Part shown: positions 27,186 to 32,074 of the stretch, one piece after another
How positions within the stretch are numbered: position 1 is the stretch's first letter
Layout of the letters: the number at the start of each line of letters is the position of its first letter
Origin: an uncultured Bacteroides sp.
Lineage (GTDB): Bacteria > Bacteroidota > Bacteroidia > Bacteroidales > SM23-62
Length of the DNA: 32,074 bases
Reading direction: 5' to 3'
NCBI GenBank assembly: GCA_964512775.1
Contig: CAZEKO010000007.1
Location: forward strand, 1 to 32,074
Position numbers and translations under genes: made by a program
The notes under the pieces: model-generated
Database searches by the model: none
Seen by the model: the letters and a program-made list of their open reading frames with translations, nothing else
Told to the model about the DNA's origin: nothing

Positions 27186-28253
27186 ATGGAAGCCTTTATT
27201 AACGGCATAAGCGCTATCTCACCGCAAATCACCTTTAACTGCGAAAAATTATTGCAGGAGGTAAGGGAGTATGATAAGGTACGGTATCTTAAGTGTATTG
27301 AACCTCAATATAAAGAATTCATCGATGCGATGGCATCCAGACGCATGAGCAGAATCATTAAAATGGGTGTTACTTCGGCTTTAAAATGTCTGCACGATGC
27401 TGGAATCAAAAACCCGGATGTTATTGTCGCCGGTACCGGACTGGGATGTATTGAGGATACTGAGAAGTTCCTAAATATAATGTATACCAATGAAGAAAAA
27501 CTTCTGAATCCGACAAACTTTATACAATCAACGCATAATACTGTTGCTTCTACCATTGCCCTTATGCTTAATTGTCATAACTATAATAATACATATGTCC
27601 ATCGGGGTTTCTCATTTGAAAGTGCTTTACTCGATGGTTTGATGTTTTTGCAGGAAGGTTCAGCAAATACCGTACTTGTGGGAGGACTGGATGAGCTGAC
27701 CACCAACTCATTTATTATAACAGACCGCCTGCATTTCTGGAAAAAAACCTCTATTAACAACCTCAACCTTCTGGATTATAAAACCAAAGGCAGTCTGGCA
27801 GGTGAAGGGGCTGCATTTTTTGCACTTAATAGTCAGAAAACTGAAAGAAGCATTGCAAAAATAATTTCCTTAAATACCTTTTATAAACCTGAAGGATTTT
27901 CCGAAATTGAAGAGAAAGTATCGACTTTTATTCAAAAAAACGCTGGAGATGCTGACAAGATCGACCTGATCCTAATGGGGATGAATGGTGACCTGTTCAT
28001 GGATAAAATATATTATCATCTAAAAAACTCACTCTTCAACCATATTCCATGCGCTTATTTCAAGCATTTATGTGGTGAATACGATACTTCCTCATCTTTT
28101 GCACTCTACCTTGCTTCATCCATACTTAAAGAACATAATGTCCCTGTTGTAATCAGACTCGACAATAAACCCATCAATGAGATTAGAAATATTCTGATTT
28201 ATAATCATTTGAGGAATGTTAACCATTCTTTGATTCTGCTTTCATCATGTTGA
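27186..28253 (+). CDS. KS-like chain-length-factor-type protein without the active-site Cys
   Basis: 355 aa. Starts 1 nt after the KS stop. Thiolase-fold layout, but the Cys position reads NFIQSTHNTVAS and there are no His-His motifs. Confidence 0.75.
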   Translation: MEAFINGISAISPQITFNCEKLLQEVREYDKVRYLKCIEPQYKEFIDAMASRRMSRIIKMGVTSALKCLHDAGIKNPDVIVAGTGLGCIEDTEKFLNIMYTNEEKLLNPTNFIQSTHNTVASTIALMLNCHNYNNTYVHRGFSFESALLDGLMFLQEGSANTVLVGGLDELTTNSFIITDRLHFWKKTSINNLNLLDYKTKGSLAGEGAAFFALNSQKTERSIAKIISLNTFYKPEGFSEIEEKVSTFIQKNAGDADKIDLILMGMNGDLFMDKIYYHLKNSLFNHIPCAYFKHLCGEYDTSSSFALYLASSILKEHNVPVVIRLDNKPINEIRNILIYNHLRNVNHSLILLSSC

Positions 28254-29020
28254 GATATCAGAAAATAATTATTGTATTTATCCTTTTAATGATTTCAATC
28301 CTGATTGTTGATTTTTATATCCGGGTAAGTATCTGGCTTTATGCTGGCATTATTCTTGTAATGGTTGGTTTGTTGACCTATGGATCAATAAATATACGAT
28401 CGGGTTTTTATTGTAAGGTTTTATGCTCTGCCGATATGGAGAAGAAAATTATTGCACTAACCTTTGATGATGGGCCGGATAATGTGATAACCCCTGGGGT
28501 ACTTGATATTTTAAAAAAACATAATGTTAAGGCAGCATTTTTCTGTGTTGGATATAAAGCTGAAAGAAATTCCGATCTGATCAGGAAAATGGATCTTGAA
28601 GGTCATGTTATTGGGAATCATAGCTATTCACATCATTTCTTTTTTGACCTGTTTTGTTCCGGAAAGATGATTGAAGAATTGCAAAAAACTGAAAATATCC
28701 TTGAGAAAACGTTGAATAAAAAAATAATGATGTTCCGGCCGCTTTATGGTGTTACAAATCCCCCATTGGCCAGAGCTCTGCGGAAGATGAATTATAATAT
28801 TATCGGTTGGAGTCTGCGTTCAAAAGATACCGTTATAAGAAAAGAGAATTTGCTTTTTGAAAGACTAACAAAAAAAATGAAAGCAGGCGATATCGTATTA
28901 TTCCATGATACCCAGAACCACGTGGTCAGGGTTCTGGATAAATTTATAAAATTTGCAAAAGAAAATAATTACCGTCTTGAACGGCTCGACAGACTTTTAA
29001 ATATTGAAGCCTATGAATAA
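28247..29020 (+). CDS. Membrane-anchored polysaccharide deacetylase (NodB homology domain, CE4)
   Basis: 257 aa. Two N-terminal TM helices. NodB motifs LTFDDGPD, GNHSYSHH and FRPLYG. Confidence 0.85.
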   Translation: MLRYQKIIIVFILLMISILIVDFYIRVSIWLYAGIILVMVGLLTYGSINIRSGFYCKVLCSADMEKKIIALTFDDGPDNVITPGVLDILKKHNVKAAFFCVGYKAERNSDLIRKMDLEGHVIGNHSYSHHFFFDLFCSGKMIEELQKTENILEKTLNKKIMMFRPLYGVTNPPLARALRKMNYNIIGWSLRSKDTVIRKENLLFERLTKKMKAGDIVLFHDTQNHVVRVLDKFIKFAKENNYRLERLDRLLNIEAYE

Positions 29021-29657
29021 ATATCGGACATATTTAAATTGTTTTTTATCAGTTCTTATTTCTTGCTCTTTATCAGCACAAGATACCTATACGCCTATGA
29101 GCAATAGTGAGGAATTTAAGAGTAAGCTTGCTGAAATGTCTGAATTGACCAATACAATTACCTGTGATTTTGTCCAGGAGAAAAACCTGGTTGTTTTATC
29201 TGAAAAGATCATTTCAAAAGGCCAGTTCTATTTTAAAAAGGAAAACAATATCCGCTGGGAATATACGCAACCCTACAAATACCTTATCATTATAAGTAAG
29301 GACCAGTTGTATATACGCGACGATAAAAGTCAGAAACAATATGATATCCAGTCAAATAAGATGTTTCAGGAGATGAACAGGTTTATCAGCGGTTGCATAC
29401 AAGGAGATATCCTTAAGAATGATAAAGATTATGCAGTAGAGTATTTTGAGAACAGTAAAGGATATTTTGTGAAACTCGTTCCACGTGAAGAGAGAATGAG
29501 ACAGATGCTGAATGAGGTACAGATCTGGTTTGATAAGAATGATCTGACGGTATTAGGCCTCAAAATGGTTGAATCGGGCGAGGATTACACAAAGATTGAC
29601 TTCATTAATAAGAAATTGAACATAGAAATACCTCTTGAAAAATTTAGTTTTAATTAG
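29013..29657 (+). CDS. LolA-like periplasmic lipid/lipoprotein carrier protein (ApeL-like)
   Basis: Signal peptide LNCFLSVLISCSLSAQ. LolA-family pattern CDFVQEK...GQFYFKK.NNIRWEYTQPY...IISKDQLYI. The ORF track starts at a TTG (29004); the in-frame ATG at 29013 is preferred. Confidence 0.7.
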   Translation: MNKYRTYLNCFLSVLISCSLSAQDTYTPMSNSEEFKSKLAEMSELTNTITCDFVQEKNLVVLSEKIISKGQFYFKKENNIRWEYTQPYKYLIIISKDQLYIRDDKSQKQYDIQSNKMFQEMNRFISGCIQGDILKNDKDYAVEYFENSKGYFVKLVPREERMRQMLNEVQIWFDKNDLTVLGLKMVESGEDYTKIDFINKKLNIEIPLEKFSFN

Positions 29658-30285
29658 CTTGTGTCTTCTTTTGTTAAGCGGTTGTTCATTATTCCTGTTC
29701 AATGACTTACACATGATATCCCGCACTTCTGACGAAAGACAAGATATTCTCTCCTGGTTTCAGAGAGATGCTGACCGTTACCTGTATCAGGCTACGATTG
29801 ATATTTATGGTAATCATTTCAGCGGATTACTAATCATCAAACCCTTCAGTGAAGACAGTTATCGCACTCTTTTCATAACTCAACTGGGGATAAAGATATT
29901 TGATATGGAATTCTTCAGTGGGGGTGATTTTAAATTGCACTATTGCTTAGATGAATTGAATAGACGATCAATTATTAAGACATTGAGAAACGACATCAGC
30001 CTGATGCTTGAAAATGTATCAAAAACCGGTAGGATAAAAATAATGCAGGAGGGACAGACAGGAAGGATGATTATCAAATTTAAGGGTAAAACCGGAGTCA
30101 GATACTGCTTGATTGATGATAAATCGAACAAAATAAATGAACTGATACAAACCCGTTGCCTGCTCAAAAAACTGAACATACGTTTTTACAGTTCTGAAGG
30201 TATTGAACCTGATTCTATAAGTATTTCAAATTATATTAATAAATTAAACATTCATTTGATAAAGCTTAATGAAACCGAACCATAA
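29635..30285 (+). CDS. Lipoprotein of unknown function, occupying the position of the DUF3261/LolB-like protein of APE clusters
   Basis: 216 aa. TTG start gives a classical lipoprotein signal MKNLVLISLCLLLLSGC (lipobox LSGC). No in-frame ATG precedes the lipobox. Confidence 0.6.
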   Translation: MKNLVLISLCLLLLSGCSLFLFNDLHMISRTSDERQDILSWFQRDADRYLYQATIDIYGNHFSGLLIIKPFSEDSYRTLFITQLGIKIFDMEFFSGGDFKLHYCLDELNRRSIIKTLRNDISLMLENVSKTGRIKIMQEGQTGRMIIKFKGKTGVRYCLIDDKSNKINELIQTRCLLKKLNIRFYSSEGIEPDSISISNYINKLNIHLIKLNETEP

Positions 30286-30649
30286 ATTTCTGAATGATCT
30301 CTTCATAATTGACCATATCAAGAGGGATGAGAATAAGATAATGGTACAGATACTACTTAATCCTTCTCATGATATATTCAAAGGTCATTTCCCTGGGAAT
30401 CCGATATTACCGGGAGTTTGTATTGTTCAAATTTTGAAGGAGTTGCTTATGAATCATTCAGGTAAGAAACTAATTCTCAAAAAAGCAAGTTCTATCAAAT
30501 ATTTATCATTTATTAATCCGGAGGTAAACAGTACAATAAATATTGATGTAGAGATGAGGGAAATGGGAGATAATAATTTTTTTTGCAATGCATCCTTTTA
30601 TTTTGAATCAGTTGTCTTTTGCCGTTTTAGTGGGGAATTTATTTTTTAA
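30269..30649 (+). CDS. FabZ-like hot-dog dehydratase subunit (ApeP-like) with the His motif
   Basis: 126 aa. FKGHFPGNPILPGV matches the FabZ catalytic-His motif GHFPGxPIxPGV. The following helix reads CIVQILKE, with Gln where FabZ has the catalytic Glu. Confidence 0.8.
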   Translation: MKPNHKFLNDLFIIDHIKRDENKIMVQILLNPSHDIFKGHFPGNPILPGVCIVQILKELLMNHSGKKLILKKASSIKYLSFINPEVNSTINIDVEMREMGDNNFFCNASFYFESVVFCRFSGEFIF

Positions 30650-31320
30650 TTGTATGCACTAGTGTCTATATCAAGACCCCGTGTACCTTTAAATCGTTTC
30701 AGGAAGTTTTCACGATCGGGAAGTGGTGTAAAATCCTTTACAAAAGCTTTCTGATAATCTATTTCAGGATCAATCATTTTGGATTCCATTGTCATGATCG
30801 TATCTAAAACAAATGGAATCAAACCAATCTCAGCATTTACTATTTTTTTAGCGTACCGTTTCAACATTTTAGTCTGAAACGGATCGGAAGCTAACGCGAT
30901 CCTTTCAAATCCGAGCTTTTGGGCTTTTTTGTAGGAATAGTATACATTCTCGGTACTATGCTCTGCCATTGTTTCAGTAAAAATGTTTTCTTTCAGAATA
31001 CCTAATTTCTCGGCATAGAGTGCCATGATCTCAGCTTCACAATATGGAGTATAAACTGCAGAACCTGAATACATAACATTTTTTGTTATTCCGTTATCAT
31101 ACAAATATTTCGACCAATAGATCCTTGCTTTCATTGTATAGCTCCATTTTCCATTCTCAAAAGGCACTCCTGGAACAATAATAATATCATAATTTCCTTT
31201 CATTGATTCTTCCAATAAACGTATAGATGTTTTGGATGAAAAAGCACAGGAATTCAGGATAAAAAAAATCAAAAAAAGGATTGTTCCAATCGACATTATT
31301 TTAGCAATTACTTTTTTCAT
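30646..31320 (-). CDS. DUF218 (YdcF/ElyC/SanA-like) envelope protein
   Basis: 224 aa. N-terminal signal-anchor. DIIIVPGVP and EAEIMALYAEKLGI..IFTETMAEHSTENV match the DUF218 core pattern (E..M...G....E..S..T.EN). Confidence 0.65.
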   Translation of the reverse strand: MKKVIAKIMSIGTILFLIFFILNSCAFSSKTSIRLLEESMKGNYDIIIVPGVPFENGKWSYTMKARIYWSKYLYDNGITKNVMYSGSAVYTPYCEAEIMALYAEKLGILKENIFTETMAEHSTENVYYSYKKAQKLGFERIALASDPFQTKMLKRYAKKIVNAEIGLIPFVLDTIMTMESKMIDPEIDYQKAFVKDFTPLPDRENFLKRFKGTRGLDIDTSAYN

Positions 31321-31393
31321 ACTCCAAATAGGTCAATTGATTGAAATCAAACAGTGTTATTTAAGCTTTAATTTTAGATTTAAGCTTTATCGT

Positions 31394-31849
31394 CTAATAC
31401 CCAACCACCCATAAAATCCTGTCCTCATCAATACAAAAATCGACGAAGTCTATTAATTCTTTATTGATTTTGACAAGCTTTTCAAGATAAAACATCCATC
31501 GGTCTGTCCAATTCTTATCAGCCCTGATTAATCTGATCAGGAAATCTTTACCATGAACTTTTGAATTGATATTATCCTGAAATTCTGATAAGGATTTTAT
31601 CTGCTCCAGAAGTGTAAGATTTGTCAATAAACGGTTCCTTAATGGAACAATGTACCGGGTATTGAATTTTGTTGGTTCATAATATTCATAAAGGTTATTT
31701 GCCTTTTCAAAACAATCAACAAAAAGGTTGAATACTTCAGTGTCCAAAAATTTCGATTCAGGATCACATTTTATGTATTCTTCACCTGTTCCGGTACAAT
31801 TTAATTCGACAAAATTCAGACTCTTTGAATCGTATATCTCTAATCTCAT
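31394..31849 (-). CDS. Hypothetical cytoplasmic protein with no recognisable motif
   Basis: About 151 aa ORF from the ATG at 31849 (the track extends it to a TTG at 31855). No signal peptide, no motif recognised. Coding status rests on ORF length only. Confidence 0.45.
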   Translation of the reverse strand: MRLEIYDSKSLNFVELNCTGTGEEYIKCDPESKFLDTEVFNLFVDCFEKANNLYEYYEPTKFNTRYIVPLRNRLLTNLTLLEQIKSLSEFQDNINSKVHGKDFLIRLIRADKNWTDRWMFYLEKLVKINKELIDFVDFCIDEDRILWVVGY

Positions 31850-31972
31850 GATCAATTTATTTTGTTAAGCGAATTTAGTAAAAGAACGCTAAAAGCATTT
31901 GACTATTGCAAAGTATTAATTTTGGTACAGTCCAGCAATCTTTGTAATCCTGCGACCCTGCAACTATCTTTT

Positions 31973-32014
31973 GCCTCACGCTTCACGCTTCACGCCTCAC
32001 GCTTCACGCCTCAC
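31973..32014. repeat. Tandem heptamer repeat CACGCYT (5 full copies plus partial ends), with 14-nt higher-order periodicity
   Basis: cacgctt (31977-83), cacgctt (31984-90), cacgcct (31991-97), cacgctt (31998-32004), cacgcct (32005-11), cac (32012-14). The 14-mer cacgcttcacgcct occurs twice back to back (31984-97, 31998-32011). GC-rich island in AT-rich intergenic DNA. Confidence 0.9.
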
Positions 32015-32024
32015 ATTATTTACC

Positions 32025-32032
32025 TAAATTTG
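32025..32032 (+). promoter_or_regulatory. Candidate Bacteroidota -7 promoter box pointing out of the window
   Basis: Exact TAnnTTTG match (TAAATTTG) 11 nt downstream of the heptamer array. The driven gene would start at or beyond the window end. Confidence 0.3.
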
Positions 32033-32074
32033 CAGTTTAATAAACAGAAAGTGAGTAAACCGGATATCTTCAAA

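Noticed and set aside
31973-32014. CRISPR array or phase-variable coding repeat
   Set aside because: The units are 7 nt with no spacers. The array lies outside any ORF of meaningful length. No cas genes are in the window.
32051-32074. Possible GTG start of a plus-strand gene (VSKPDIFK...) downstream of the promoter-like box
   Set aside because: Only 24 nt are visible, so a CDS cannot be supported.
1-32074. Mobile genetic element or genomic island (integrase, transposase, inverted terminal repeats), prompted by the tRNA at the left edge
   Set aside because: No integrase, transposase or recombinase motifs appear in any frame. I noticed no repeat of the tRNA 3' end within the window.

Overview
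AT-rich window, probably from a member of the Bacteroidota. This is inferred from TAnnTTTG promoter-like boxes, a CarboxypepD_reg/DUF5686-type outer-membrane protein, and an ammonia-lyase that from memory closely resembles the Flavobacterium johnsoniae tyrosine ammonia-lyase. About 30.4 kb (280-30649) is one tightly packed flexirubin-like aryl-polyene (APE) biosynthetic and export cluster. It sits between a tRNA 3' end with a strong terminator on the left (1-90) and two unrelated minus-strand genes on the right (a DUF218/YdcF-like protein and an orphan). The cluster has five transcription units on alternating strands. (1) Minus strand, 6858->280: TAL, FabG-like ketoreductase, ketosynthase (KS), ACP, LpxL-like acyltransferase, B12-radical SAM enzyme, hot-dog dehydratase. 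(2) Plus strand, 7083->12844: small OMP, GT2-DUF2062, and an MMPL/acyltransferase/methyltransferase triple fusion. (3) Minus strand, 16567->12866: PlsC-like acyltransferase and a DUF5686-like OMP. (4) Plus strand, 16745->22728: two tandem CrtI-like flavoproteins, a C45/IAT-like protein, and a PaaK-like ligase. (5) Plus strand, 22830->30649: unknown secreted protein, thioesterase, KS plus short KS-like partner, ACP, KS plus CLF-like partner, NodB deacetylase, LolA-like protein, lipoprotein, FabZ-like dehydratase. I found no transposase, integrase, CRISPR array or rRNA. The points most worth follow-up are these. The cluster is tyrosine-primed but carries no dialkylresorcinol (darAB) genes; it has three acyltransferase domains plus GT2 and NodB instead, which suggests a non-flexirubin anchor. 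The B12-radical SAM enzyme has no assigned role. Two hot-dog dehydratases at opposite ends of the cluster appear to carry complementary catalytic half-sites. A translationally coupled C45 (isopenicillin-N acyltransferase-like) and aryl-acid CoA-ligase pair is present. A dedicated set of envelope trafficking proteins is encoded. All functional calls rest on motifs read by eye from the translations; no database search was run.
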